A stretch of 63,712 bases of DNA, filler included, from Octopus bimaculoides (GCF_001194135.2; 11 parts of 10 records of this genome joined end to end with filler, not necessarily neighbours in it), one strand, 5' to 3'; numbered from the whole stretch's first letter, positions 35,821 through 49,917 are shown. Numbers and translations: made by a program. Notes: a model not told the origin generated them from the letters alone.

Positions 35821-36941
35821 AAAGAAAAGAAACAAAACGGAGAGAAAAATGTGTCTGGATTAACGGTTACACAAATTGAATATACATATATATACATTTA
35901 TAGATATGTATGTATGTATATATATGCACCAACAAGCATATATTTATATATAAATACACACATACATATACATACAAACATACATACATACATAAATATA
36001 TATATACACATATATATAAACATATGTGCATGTATATATATNNNNNNNNNNNNNNNNNNNNNNNNNNNNNNNNNNNNNNNNNNNNNNNNNNNNNNNNNNN
36101 NNNNNNNNNNNNNNNNNNNNNNNNNNNNNNNNNNNNNNNNNNNNNNNNNNNNNNNNNNNNNNNNNNNNNNNNNNNNNNNNNNNNNNNNNNNNNNNNNNNN
36201 NNNNNNNNNNNNNNNNNNNNNNNNNNNNNNNNNNNNNNNNNNNNNNNNNNNNNNNNNNNNNNNNNNNNNNNNNNNNNNNNNNNNNNNNNNNNNNNNNNNN
36301 NNNNNNNNNNNNNNNNNNNNNNNNNNNNNNNNNNNNNNNNNNNNNNNNNNNNNNNNNNNNNNNNNNNNNNNNNNNNNNNNNNNNNNNNNNNNNNNNNNNN
36401 NNNNNNNNNNNNNNNNNNNNNNNNNNNNNNNNNNNNNNNNNNNNNNNNNNNNNNNNNNNNNNNNNNNNNNNNNNNNNNNNNNNNNNNNNNNNNNNNNNNN
36501 NNNNNNNNNNNNNNNNNNNNNNNNNNNNNNNNNNNNNNNNNNNNNNNNNNNNNNNNNNNNNNNNNNNNNNNNNNNNNNNNNNNNNNNNNNNNNNNNNNNN
36601 NNNNNNNNNNNNNNNNNNNNNNNNNNNNNNNNNNNNNNNNNNNNNNNNNNNNNNNNNNNNNNNNNNNNNNNNNNNNNNNNNNNNNATATATATATATATA
36701 TATAGTAAGAACAACAAACTGAAAACAAGGGCAGAAGATCTAAAGACAAATGATATATCAAGGAATAAAAAAAAAATATGGCTAAAAATATGAAAATGCA
36801 CGAAACATACGGCCTAACAAAGAAAATACAACAAATACTGAAAAAAAAGACACCAAAAACGATAGCAACAGCAGTCACGGTTATAGCAGCACCGGTAGCA
36901 AGAGCAGCAGCAGTAACAACAACAACAACAGCAGTAGCAGC

Positions 36942-36972
<31 letters not shown>

Positions 36973-37522
36973 ACAACGAAACTACGAAAACAAGAAAGAT
37001 GGAGAAAAAAATGAAAGAAGCTCGTTAATCCGTTAAGAATAATCAAAAACTAAACGTAAACTTACTTTTTGATAACAAAAAATAAAGGGTGTACACATCC
37101 GTATGCGCATGTGTATGTGTGTACGTGTTGTGTGAGTGTGTGAGTACAGGTATTATCAAGATCTATTGATAACGTCAAATATCTCTTTTCTTTTTCCGAC
37201 ATATTTGTAATACGATCTTATAATGGGAGGGAAAAAAAATGGCCGCCAACAACGGATTTACACATTCGTCCAGTATGTTGTTTGTGTGCAAAAGCAAGTT
37301 CTTTGCCTCTCTCTATGTTAATCTGTGTCTCTCTTAGTTACCTTATTCTTTTTCTGTATACGCATANNNNNNNNNNNNNNNNNNNNNNNNNNNNNNNNNN
37401 NNNNNNNNNNTTAATTAATTAANNNNNNNNNNNNNNNNNNNNNNNNNNNNNNNNNNNNNNNNNNNNCATACATACATAAATACATATATACATACATACA
37501 TAAATATATACATACCTAAATA

Positions 37523-38780
37523 CAGGGTGTCCATAAAGTCTCTTTACCATTTAAAAAAATATTACAAAGGCAATTGATAAGATATTTTATTCATTGTTTA
37601 CTAAAGTCTTTAATCACATTGCATTTGCGTGTTTCATGGACCCCTAAAAAATGACCACCCCTCAAGAGAAGGTGCAATATGTTTCATGGTTTATTGAAAC
37701 AAAATCGGATGGGCAGACTCAGCGAAACTACAGGACTAAGTATGGAAGAGATCCGCCATCACGTCCGTCAATTCGTGCACGGCACAAGAAATTTATGGAG
37801 ACAGGGACAGTGTTAGATAAAGGGAGGAGTGGGCGACCAAGAACATCTAATGCAAACATCGATCGTGTAAGACAATCTTTTTCTCATTCTTCCACAAAGT
37901 CCATCCGAACTGCTGCCACACAGTTAGATCTACCGCGTTCCACAGTGCACAAGGTCCTACACAAGAACTTGCGATTGTACGCTTACAAAGTGCAACTCTT
38001 ACAGGCACTCGAGCCAAACGATAAACCAAGACGAAAAGAGATTGCAGTTAACATGCTGGAACAAATATCTGAGGATGAAACATTTGTCAGACGAGTGATG
38101 AAGTAACCTTTCATGTTTCAAGGAAACTGAACAAACACAATGTGAGAATCTGGGGATCAGATGTGACTAGACAAATTAAGCGTAATAGCCCAAAGGTGAA
38201 TGTGCGGTGTGGGATCATGTGCAATCGAATAATTGGTCCATTTTTCTTCAACGAGACATCAATTACTGCAAATGTTTACCTTGACCTTTTAACTGAATAT
38301 GTGGCACCACAACTGAATGACCTTCAACCAGCCATCATTTTCCAGCAAGATGGTGCACCACCACATTGGGGACTGCATGTTCGTGGGTTCCTCAATCAAA
38401 CATTTCCAAACCGGTGGATTGGAACGGATGGGTCAATTCCTTGGCCGTCACGTTCACCAGATATCACTTCACTGAACTTCTTTCTATGGGGCTGTTAAAG
38501 ATATCGTGTATCGAACAAAGATACGGGACATTACTGACCTAAAGCAAAAGATTACTGATGCCACTGCCACAATTGATGAGCTATGTTACAGCGAACATGA
38601 CAAGAAATCGAGTACCGTCTTGATGTGCTTCGTGCAACTAATGGTGCCCATGTAGAAATGTATTAAATGAGGTAAAAAAAAAACTTTAATAAACACTGAA
38701 TACAAATCTGAATAAAATATCTTATCAATTGCATTTGTAATAAAGTTTTGAAATGGTAAAGAGACTTTATGGACATTCTG
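37523..38780 (+). mobile_element. Full-length (1258 bp) DD41D (rosa/Visitor-type) Tc1/mariner transposon, inactivated
   Basis: ~70-bp TIRs, TA at 37521-37522 and 38781-38782. Transposase from 37651: GRPRTS, SDE, FQQDGAPPH..WPSRSPDITSLNFFLWG with 41 residues between the D and the third position, which is N (AAC at 38475-38477); frameshifts present. Confidence 0.92.
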
Positions 38781-40010
38781 TACATATATACATAAATACA
38801 TACATAGATACATATATACATACATATACACATACATACATAAATACGAACATACATAAATACATACATAAATAAATACATACATATAAATACATGAAAA
38901 CATACATGCACACATAAATACATACATACATCCATAAATACACACATACATACACACACACACAGACACATGCATTCATACACGCATACATACACACACA
39001 CATAGATACGTGTATACATACACANNNNNNNNNNNNNNNNNNNNNNNNNNNNNNNNNNNNNNNNNNNNTTAATTAATTAANNNNNNNNNNNNNNNNNNNN
39101 NNNNNNNNNNNNNNNNNNNNNNNNATGCACAAGCCCACGTAGATATGTATATGCGGATGTATACGCAGAAAGAGGAAGTGATAGGCTGAGAGACGAATGC
39201 GCAGACAGAGAATTTCAGCTTAACTGATTGACACGGGAATGAAAAAAAAATAATAAATAAATGAGAAAAGAATTACGTAAGCAGTGAGAAATACAAAACT
39301 ATATTACAGTTTTTCTACTCAATAAAAAACCGTTCACACTTAGTATAATCATACGTGTATATGTTCGTGTGAATCAAGGCGTCGCTTGTAAGTCAAATAT
39401 ATAAACGTAGATGGTGGGTATAGTGAAACAATATTATGGATGCTTAAAATGAACGGATCATCAGAGAACGCTTAGTTGCATTAAGATGGAGAGGTTGCCT
39501 ACCAAGCGTCATTTTCGTATTTTATGTTTGTTTACGTTTTTGTGACGTCCTGTACCGATATATGCATGTCTATATACATATATACGTGTGTATGTACATA
39601 TGTGTATCTATATATGCATATATACATGTTATTTATATTATTATTTGATTGAACGCCACTCATCCATTGCCAAGTAAGTTTTTATTTATATATATATGTA
39701 TATATATATANNNNNNNNNNNNNNNNNNNNNNNNNNNNNNNNNNNNNNNNNNNNNNNNNNNNNNNNNNNNNNNNNNNNNNNNNNNNNNNNNNNNNNNNNN
39801 NNNNNNNNNNNNNNNNNNNNNNNNNNNNNNNNNNNNNNNNNNNNNNNNNNNNAAATATATATAAATATATAGTTTTAGGGAAAAGAACCAAGGTTCATGA
39901 ACTCATCGATGAAAATCCACTGTCACATATAGAAAAATTAATAATTAAAAGCACAATAAATGAGTATACTATAATAAAAAGTAAATATCATAAGATAAAG
40001 ATAATAAAAT

Positions 40011-40124
40011 GACTACACGTGTTTCATAACTAATTTTCAAATAGAAAGGAAATTTAAATCGATTAAAATCAATTAAAATTATCGAAAATAAATTCTATTG
40101 AAAAATACAGCCAATCGTCAGGTC
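40011..40124 (-). ncRNA. Hammerhead-like motif, family D, with ~89-nt stem II
   Basis: GAC-CTGACGA-[40114-40026, long imperfect hairpin]-GAAAC-ACGT-GTA-GTC; perfect palindrome ACACGTGT forms stem III; stem I is only 3 bp. Confidence 0.62.
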
Positions 40125-40538
40125 TAGATACAACAATAATAATAATAAATAAATGTATATATCAAACAACAATAAGTACCAAGCGAATTTATATAAAATA
40201 CTTATTTTATAAAGATAGAAAAATATCATGAAAAATATCAAAATAAGAAACATGTATGTACATGTATGTACGTACGTATGTATGTATGTATGTATGTATG
40301 TATGTATATATGTATGTATGTATGTATGTAGGCGTAAAAAGACGAAACATGCAGTGATTTTATCGCTTCAAATGCACAGAACATATGCCAAAGACCAAAC
40401 TGAAATCTGTATTGTATTGCTAAGTGTAATCCTCCTAATTCGCTCAAGTTTTTTCTTACAAGCGATGTGAACGAAGAAATATAAAAAAAACAAAAAAAAA
40501 CACAAGAATAATGCAACACCTCCGACAGCAGCAGCAGC

Positions 40539-40593
<55 letters not shown>

Positions 40594-40763
40594 GCAAGAA
40601 CGGAGCAGAACAAAACAAAAATGAATATCACGGAATAAAAGGCAATAAGATTTGAATTACACACTCTGTTATACACAAATAGACAAGCAGAGACGAAGCA
40701 ATGTATTTTCTCAAACAAATAATAATAAGAGAAAGGAAATTGCAATTAACAGAAACAAAATGC

Positions 40764-40824
<61 letters not shown>

Positions 40825-40875
40825 TGTCTCTGTTTTTCTTTCTTCTCTACACATAGACATACTCACATTCACATG

Positions 40876-40954
<79 letters not shown>

Positions 40955-41152
40955 ACGTATATGTATATATATATGTATGTATATATGTGTATATATATGT
41001 GTGTATACATGTGTATGAATATACTCTATATAAGCATCCATCTATTCATCATATGTACATCTGTATTTATCTATCTGCCTTTCTGTTTGACTGCCTATGT
41101 ATCTATCTGTACGCACACACACGCTCACACACATACATATATACAAGCTTAG

Positions 41153-41215
<63 letters not shown>

Positions 41216-41274
41216 AATACGCAGAAATGTTGCTATTCATTTGTGTGTAAATATATACATGTGTNNNNNNNNNN

Positions 41275-41317
<43 letters not shown>

Positions 41318-41739
41318 ATATAGATATACACATGTGCATAGGGAGAAAGAAAAGATTCAGAGAGAGAGAGAGAAAGATAGACAGAGAGACCACCAGTATC
41401 AACTAGAACAACACCAATAACTACAGCAAACAGCAACAACAACAACTACATCAAGGAAAGCGGGTACGTCTCAAAGAGCAGGGTACGCGCTTCAAGCATA
41501 TACGAGTCAGAATTAACAACACATGTCACTAATTGAAATTTATTCCTAGCGTTGTTTCCCAACTGTAGAAAAATAAAATAAAATACAAGGAAACTAATAC
41601 AAACATATAAATAAGTAAAGATTTAACATGGCGCTGGTAAAGCTTCATTTTTTTTTTTGAAGCCAGCTTATGTGGTGAAAAGAGATCTTTGCAGAAAGAG
41701 ACAGCTGTGGAGGCCATCCTTGTTATCATTATTGTAAGT

Positions 41740-42638
41740 AGCAGCAGCGGCGGCAACGGCAGCAGCAGTAGTAGTAGCAACAGCAGTGGCTGGAACAGCA
41801 GCTGTACAGTAGCATCATCATCATCAGCAGCAGTGGCAGAAATAACGTCAGCGGCGGCGTAGGGCAGCGGAGAGATCGGCGGCGGGAGCATCGCCATCGA
41901 TGTCTTTCGAAACGATCAACGCCATTATCGCAGCGAGTTTCGTCCTTTAATGTCGTTGAGGTTTGCAGTGGCATTCATGTCATCATCATCATCGTCATCA
42001 TCATCGTCGTCTTCGTCATCATCATCGTCGTCATCATCATCATTGTCTTCGTCATCCTCATGGCATCATCTTCATCGAGATCATGATCAATCATCATCAT
42101 CATCGTCGTCATCATCATCGTTGTTGTCATCGTTGTCATCGTCGTTATAATCATCATCATCATCATCGTCCTCATCGTCATACTCTTCCTCCTCCTCCGC
42201 ATATCATCATCATCATCATCATCGTCATCGTCGTCATCATCGTTGTCATCATCGTTGTCATCATCATCATCATCATCATCATCATCTTCATTATCATCAT
42301 CACCACCACCATCATTATTTTCTTCCATTAGTTGTTGTTGTTGTTGTTGTTGTTGTTCTTCTTCTTCTTCTTCTTCTTCTTCTTCTTCTTCTTCTTCTTC
42401 ATCATCATCATCGTCGTCATCGTCATCGTCATCACCAACCACCTCATCAGTAGGATCGTCGTATCAATGTGGGAAGTTTTCATTCGTTAGAATAAAGTCG
42501 ATAAAACAACACCGGATGTTACTGCTGCCGATGCTACAACAGCGACGGCAGCAGCAACAGCGTCAACGAGAACAACAACAACAACAGCTACTACTACTAC
42601 TACTACTACTACCACTACTACTAACACCACCACCACCG

Positions 42639-42669
<31 letters not shown>

Positions 42670-42970
42670 CGACGCTGCTGCTGCTGCTGCTACTCTCTAT
42701 CTTCATCACTTTTTTCTTGTTCATCGTTTTCTTCTTCATCATCATCATCACCATCAACATCATCATCATCATCATCATCAACATCATCATCATCAACGTT
42801 TTCTACTTATTATTATTATTATTGTTATTATTATTATTATTATTCCACTTTTTCCTCTTGTTCTTTCTCGTCTACTTATTTCTTACGTCTTCCTCTTCTT
42901 TTTCTTCATCTTGTTGTTGTTATTGTTGTTGTTGTTCTTCTTCTTCTTCTTCTTCTTCTTCGTCTTCTTC
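41740..42970. repeat. ~1.2-kb mosaic of trinucleotide repeats (GCA, CAT, CGT, GTT, CTT, ACT, GCT)
   Basis: Direct inspection; source of the low-complexity ORFs between 41529 and 43013. Confidence 0.9.
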
Positions 42971-43091
42971 TTCTCGGGGAAAACCTGCACTGTTGTCTTT
43001 TCTTGATAGTTAATCCTGTCAGATGTGGAAGATCTATTCGTGCGATAACGCGTCTACAAAAGAAACTGGAGACTCACAGCTACTTATAAGT

Positions 43092-43134
<43 letters not shown>

Positions 43135-43739
43135 CACGCACGCGCACATGCACACACACGCACAGTGCATACGTATATACGCATGTACAACAATAGAACA
43201 CAAACACACAAACGCACGCAATCACATTTCTCTACAAGCCCAATATACACCTTCAAAATCACGCAGACTCTCTTCTCCATGTGTGCATGTTTGTGAGTAA
43301 TTTTTTATTAGTGCGATGTATATATGTATGTACGTATGTGTATGCACACACAAACACACACAAACCCCAAAACACACACATACAAACCCCAAGACACACA
43401 CACACACACACAAACACACAAACACACACACACACAGATCTATCTATACGTTTTACTATTCTTGTCTAACTTCAGATATGTGCACATGCATGTATATTTA
43501 AGCACAAACTCATACATTCGCATATATNNNNNNNNNNNNNNNNNNNNNNNNNNNNNNNNNNNNNNNNNNNNTTAATTAATTAANNNNNNNNNNNNNNNNN
43601 NNNNNNNNNNNNNNNNNNNNNNNNNNNCACCATCACCACCACCACCACCACCCACCTTGTATGAATCAACAAAGGAGACTGAACATGGTTGGCTGACATA
43701 CTGGAAATACCAGCCAAATTTCCCTCCAATCACGTCCTG

Positions 43740-44100
43740 CTGTTGGTCATCTTATTTTATTGACTCCCAAAAAGGTGAAGGGCAAAGTTGACCCCAGCTA
43801 CGTTTGAAGTGGAAGAAATGCCACCAAACATCTTTTTGTGGGGAGGAAACAATTCTGCCACCTCAACCCCTGAATAATAATAATAATCCTTTCTATTAAA
43901 GGCACAAGCCCTGGAATTTGTTGGGAGGGGGATAGTCGAATACATTGACCCCCAGTATTTCACTGGTACTTCATTTATTGACCCCGAAAGGATGAAAGGC
44001 AAAGTCAACCGAGGTGGAATTTGAACTCAGAATGCTGCGACAGGCGAAATATTGCTAAGCATTTCATCCAGCATGCTAATAATCCTGCCAGCTCACCATC
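43740..44100 (-). mobile_element. SINE family B copy (43880-44100) plus an older fragment (43740-43870)
   Basis: gaccccgaaaggatgaaaggcaaagtcaac..gaatttgaactcagaa..gcatgctaa..gccagctcacc. Confidence 0.8.
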
Positions 44101-44205
44101 TTGATAATAATAATAATAATAATAATTATAATAATAATAATAATAATAACAATAATAATAATTGTAATAATAATAATAATAATAATAATAACAATAATAA
44201 TAATT

Positions 44206-44231
<26 letters not shown>

Positions 44232-44244
<13 letters not shown>

Positions 44245-44660
44245 GTAGTAGTTAGCAAATGTAAAAATCTTGAAATAGAAATTAGCAAATTGTGGAACCT
44301 GAAGACTAAAACAATACCTGTTGTCATTAGGTGCCCTAGGAATGATAGCAAAAAGGGCTGATTGCTACCTAGCTCAGATACCAAGAAACCCCAAAATGGC
44401 AGAAATTCAAAGGATAGTGCTCATGGGAACTGCCCATATCCTACGCAAAATACTTTCTTTGTAATCTCAAATTTTAAAACAAACACATAATTTTCTTATG
44501 GTTTCTTAAACATTCTCTAGAACCACACCATGTACAAATCCAAATAAATGGCACCCTAGGCATAACACCAACATGAACTTCTAACTTGTTGTCTCTTGAG
44601 GTCTCTGGGTGAGACTTGGAGCCAACTTGTACAAATGCAAAGCAAAAGTCAAACATAAAA
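44232..44660 (+). mobile_element. R4/Dong-like LINE 3' end, same lineage as 19205-20560
   Basis: SKCKNLEIEISKLWNLKTKTIPVVI; 3' UTR near-identical to the reverse complement of 19205-19420; 5' flank is (TAA)n. Confidence 0.85.
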
Positions 44661-44679
44661 TGATAATGATATGCAGTAC

Positions 44680-44913
44680 CAGGCAGTGGCTCTCATGGCT
44701 TCTGATCTTAACTGATTGGAAGTGTTATCATGTACATTGTTTTGTCTTGGTATAAAAAGATGGGCTACAGCAAATATTCTGCTCAATACCACAGATTTGC
44801 TTGTCAGTTGTTTGACCTTAACCAGTTGAGCATGTGTCTTGGTGGCTGACGATATGTGCATCCCTGATCATGAGCAGAAATAGTGGGGGAGCATCATAGC
44901 CATGTGTTGAGAA
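44680..44913 (+). repeat. Unclassified interspersed repeat; partial second copy at ~57855-57920
   Basis: gtggctgac(g/a)atat(g/a)tgcatc(c/t)ctgatcatgagca is shared by both loci. Confidence 0.6.
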
Positions 44914-45804
44914 NNNNNNNNNNNNNNNNNNNNNNNNNNNNNNNNNNNNNNNNNNNNTTAATTAATTAANNNNNNNNNNNNNNNNNNNNNNNNNNNNNNN
45001 NNNNNNNNNNNNNTATATATATATATATGTATATATGCACGTACATACACACACAAACACACACATATTAGTTCTCTGTTCATTCTCTTGGATGGTCTCC
45101 TAGAGGAAAGGAATTCTCTTGTTTTATTTAAAATTCTGCCAAATACAATTTTTTTGTAATTTTCATTCGTCCCAAAATGTTGTTCGTTTATGTAGCTCGT
45201 GGGAATAACTGTCATTACAAGTACATGATCGATGTGCACTGTTTGGAATACTGCAAGATTTACTTCAGTTCTTGTTCTGAATTTTACTGACCTCCAAATT
45301 ACTAATCTCTGTATTTGGAATAATTTCTTCGATTGAATACTCACAAATGAGTTGACTTTTCCTCTTTTTCTCAACATATAGTTTTTTTCTGAACTTTTTT
45401 TGTAGATTTAGCCATTAAAGTCGTAACGTGTGGTATAATTTTGTCTGACAAATATTTTGCATTTGAAAACAATGAGTATAAATAGAAATATAAACGGTTG
45501 TAAAACAAAGTAGTATCGCCGAACGTTCAATCGTTCCTTAAGTAATTATAGTTTATGCACTTCTTACCGGTACTTTAAACATAATTACGTTTGATAAAAT
45601 CTTATATAAAAGAGTGAAGCAAAAAGACATCTTCTCTCTACATCAATAACATATGATGATAGTAATAATTTTTTTCTAACCTTTAGTATCTTTGCTTGCT
45701 TACTGACCCGATAAAGAAAAAGCGAAGCTGCTTTTATATCGACCCTTCTTGTCCGTTTGGTTCCAGGATCGTAAACAAAGAGGAAGAAAAAACATTAAAA
45801 CAGG

Positions 45805-46080
45805 AAGAATTTGGCACATAAGAACAGTAAAGGTGGTGCTATAATGATTGTTGTGTTAGGAACAGTAAGCAAAGGTATAGACAAATGGATGAAGGAGATT
45901 GAAATTGAATACTCGGTGGAGCACCAACGGAAAGATTGTCTCTTAGGAACAGCAAGGATTACCAGGAGGCTTCTAGGCATTTGAAAGACCGCTGAAAATA
46001 TGTGTATATCTAAGGTTACAGGGAGTAATACGCTACCCACATAATCCCTTTCAGGAATAAAACCGAACCTGAGGTAACCA
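45805..46080 (+). mobile_element. R4/Dong-like LINE 3' end, third lineage
   Basis: LGTVSKGIDKWMKEIEIEYSVEHQRKDCLLGTARITRRLLGI*, short UTR, then (AAT)n. Confidence 0.7.
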
Positions 46081-46101
46081 CAATAATAATAATAAAGATG
46101 C

Positions 46102-46144
<43 letters not shown>

Positions 46145-46194
46145 TGATGATGATGATGGTGGTGGTGATGATGATGATAACAATAATAGTAACT

Positions 46195-46230
<36 letters not shown>

Positions 46231-46234
46231 TTCG

Positions 46235-46272
<38 letters not shown>

Positions 46273-46281
46273 ATAATAATG

Positions 46282-46340
<59 letters not shown>

Positions 46341-46344
46341 CATA

Positions 46345-46680
46345 ATGCCAGACGGGCATGAAAGTTGTGATTAAAGAAGTTGAACAAAAATCACCAAGTA
46401 CAGCAAATTGAGAGTGGAAATGGCAAGACTGTATGGAATGCGAGAGGGTAATGCAAAAGTGATACCAGTGGTGATCGGAGCGTTGGGCTCAATCCCATTG
46501 AAACTTAATTACTTTTTAAGGCAACTGAAATCCCATGCAAGATTGATGTCTTGTAAAAAGCAGCGTTATTTGGCACAGCGCACATCTTAAGGAATGTATT
46601 ATCTGTCTGAGGTCCTTGTTGTGACTTGACATATGACAAAAGATTCCGGTGCATTTCTACCTTCGGTTTGTTACAAAGGA
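46345..46680 (+). mobile_element. R4/Dong-like LINE 3' end, fourth lineage
   Basis: KYSKLRVEMARLYGM..KVIPVVIGALGSIP; ALFGTAHILRNVLSV*; (AAT)n on both sides. Confidence 0.75.
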
Positions 46681-46734
46681 ATAATAATAGTAATAATAAG
46701 AATAATTATTATTATAGTAATAATGATTATGATG

Positions 46735-46925
46735 ATGATCTTTTGTAATTTTGGTACAAGGCCAGAAAGTCTGAAGTGGATTCACAACTGGTATTTTTTT
46801 AATCAACTCCAAATGGATGGAAGACTAAGTTGACCTTGGTGAATTATTAAATCAAAAATATAAAGGCAAAAGAAATTCCGCGAAGCATTTTGTCCACCGT
46901 GCTAACAATTCTGCTAACTACCACA
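46735..46925 (-). mobile_element. SINE family B, old degenerate copy
   Basis: ttttggtacaaggcc..aagttgaccttggtgaatt..gaagcattttgtccaccgtgctaacaattctgc. Confidence 0.55.
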
Positions 46926-47358
46926 TGAGAAACGGAACGCCGTCGACCACCTAAAAAAAATAAAAGAAAATAACAAACTGCATTTGAAGATGAAGCACAA
47001 GTTGGGGGGGGGGGGGCATTGTCATAGGAGAATTCAAACTGAATAGTAAGTAAATAAAGGCTAGAATAAGAAATCAAACCAGAGACAGAAAATGAAGCAA
47101 TTTATCAAAGAAAGATATGATAAGTGGTTGAAAAAAAATGAAAGAGGAAGGAAACCAGGGGGAGGGGAAGAGTTCGGGGAAAAATAGGTTAGGAAATGCT
47201 GGATTATTAATGGTACATGGAACTTTTATACATTATGTTGCTTCAAGCATAAACATCCACGAATATTTCTAAAGTGGCCTTATAATTTTTCATCTGGATA
47301 TTCGCGTGGAAGCTTGTGTGCGCCTGTACATAGATTTATCTAAATCTATCTATCTTTC

Positions 47359-47461
<103 letters not shown>

Positions 47462-47951
47462 ATGTAAATATATATGTATACACACGCTTACATATATATA
47501 TATATGCGTGCGCACTGTGTGTTTGTAAATAGATATATCGATAAATACATGTTATTGTCAAAGTTTACGTTCACATATCTATGTAAAGGCATTCATATCT
47601 ATATGTCTATAGATATGTGTATATTTCTATACTTAGTCTCGTTGATACCGTCATAAAAGTCTGTAAGCACACACAAAAACCCATATACGTAAACGGAAGC
47701 TCACCCATATACACATATAAGAATGCATGCCTATATGCCTGAATGTACATATTGCAGTATGTATATAGAAATATATATTAAAATATACATATTTAAATAT
47801 AAACATTGTGTATGAATGTTTTGTTTTTTCTTCACAAAATAAGAAATGAAAGACAGAAAAATACCAAGGAAAGATAAAGACAAATATATTAAAATTTAGT
47901 GAGAGATAGGCACAAAGACAGAGACAGAGAGAGAGAGTGAGTTTGTGTGTG

Positions 47952-47991
<40 letters not shown>

Positions 47992-48976
47992 GAGAAATAA
48001 AATGAGAGAGACAGAGAGTAAGAGAGAGAGGAAAATTGAAAGAAAGAGAGAGTAAGAGAGATATAGACAGATTCTGCTTCGAATTTAGGAACAATTCAGA
48101 AACGAAGGAAAAAAGTCAAACGAAATAAATGGTACCCCCATTTCCAGAGAGGTAGAAAAACTACCCTAACTAGAAATGCCATCAGTATTTACATCAGTAG
48201 AAGCTCTAGGATAAGTTCTGAGGACTTCACCACCGTTGGAAGCACCACAAAGAATACAAGAGAAGAAAAACCTCGTTCCATGAAAACAAAGTTGTGAAGT
48301 AGCGTTGCAATTATATTCACACACACACAAGCAAACGTTCATAAACACAGACGCATATGCTCATGTGAGCATGAATGTATCTATGCATTATATGTGCATC
48401 TACATATANNNNNNNNNNNNNNNNNNNNNNNNNNNNNNNNNNNNNNNNNNNNNNNNNNNNNNNNNNNNNNNNNNNNNNNNNNNNNNNNNNNNNNNNNNNN
48501 NNNNNNNNNNNNNNNNNNNNNNNNNNNNNNNNNNNNNNNNNNNNNNNNNNNNNNNNNNNNNNNNNNNNNNNNNNNNNNNNNNNNNNNNNNNNNNNNNNNN
48601 NNNNNNNNNNNNNNNNNNNNNNNNNNNNNNNNNNNNNNNNNNNNNNNNNNNNNNNNNNNNNNNNNNNNNNNNNNNNNNNNNNNNNNNNNNNNNNNNNNNN
48701 NNNNNNNNNNNNNNNNNNNNNNNNNNNNNNNNNNNNNNNNNNNNNNNNNNNNNNNNNNNNNNNNNNNNNNNNNNNNNNNNNNNNNNNNNNNNNNNNNNNN
48801 NNNNNNNNNNNNNNNNNNNNNNNNNNNNNNNNNNNNNNNNNNNNNNNNNNNNNNNNNNNNNNNNNNNNNNNNNNNNNNNNNNNNNNNNNNNNNNNNNNNN
48901 NNNNNNNNNNNNNNNNNNNNNNNNNNNNNNNNNNNNNNNNNNNNNNNNNNNNNNNNNNNNNNNNNNNNNNNNNATA

Positions 48977-49013
<37 letters not shown>

Positions 49014-49838
49014 GATATATATGTATGAATTTTTTCAGGCATATCTGTATATACAAAACATATCAATGAATATGTTTTTTTCTATATATAAATTGTATGT
49101 GTGAACATGTGCGTCTGCTTGTTTTCAAGTATATTTTTATACGTACAAGATGCATATACTTGTCTATAATGATATACGTATGCATACGGTTCTTTGGATA
49201 TTCACGGGCAATGAAATGAAATTCCATAAAAACACATCAAAGACTATTAGTTTTAGAAATTGAAAAACGTTTGTTGTCGATTTGACGTCATATGTCGTTC
49301 CTGTCTTTATGCGTGTACTGATTCTTTCGAAATAATTCCTTACATTATTTTCACTACGTTTATAAGTGATTGTAAATGTATTTCTCTCCGTAGGATGTTC
49401 AACGGACGCAACAGCTTAGTCATGGTACTATTTTCGGATGTGCTTGTAACAACAATAGCAGCAGCGTACTGGTGCCAGCGTTGATGGTGGTTCCAGCGGC
49501 AGGACTAATGATAATAGAAGGAGGAAAAGAAGTAGTAATAGTAGGTAGTTAATGAGATGCGTTAGATAATATTAGCTATACGGAAAGCAATAGTATTTGC
49601 AGTGATGATAATAGCTATATCAATGTTGTTGGTAGCAGCAGTGATATCGATAATGCTTGTATTCGCTTTAAAATATCCGACAGCTGTTTCGCTAGAATTT
49701 ATTGATGCATTCACATATTACATCATAGCATCAATACACTATCTTCAGGCATGCTTCAGGTTGACGTGCATAAATTGAAATGAATCCTATAGCCAATCAG
49801 TATAAGTATTAGTTATATTTGTTGAAATTTTGTCCCTA

Positions 49839-49917
<79 letters not shown>

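Noticed and set aside
48193-48281. Possible first exon with a signal-peptide-like ORF (MERGFSSLVFFVVL...), plus a 69-nt candidate at 42985-43053, both phase-compatible with SLC22 exon 25508
   Set aside because: Neither peptide resembles SLC22 and the splice sites are weak; phase match has a 1-in-3 chance.
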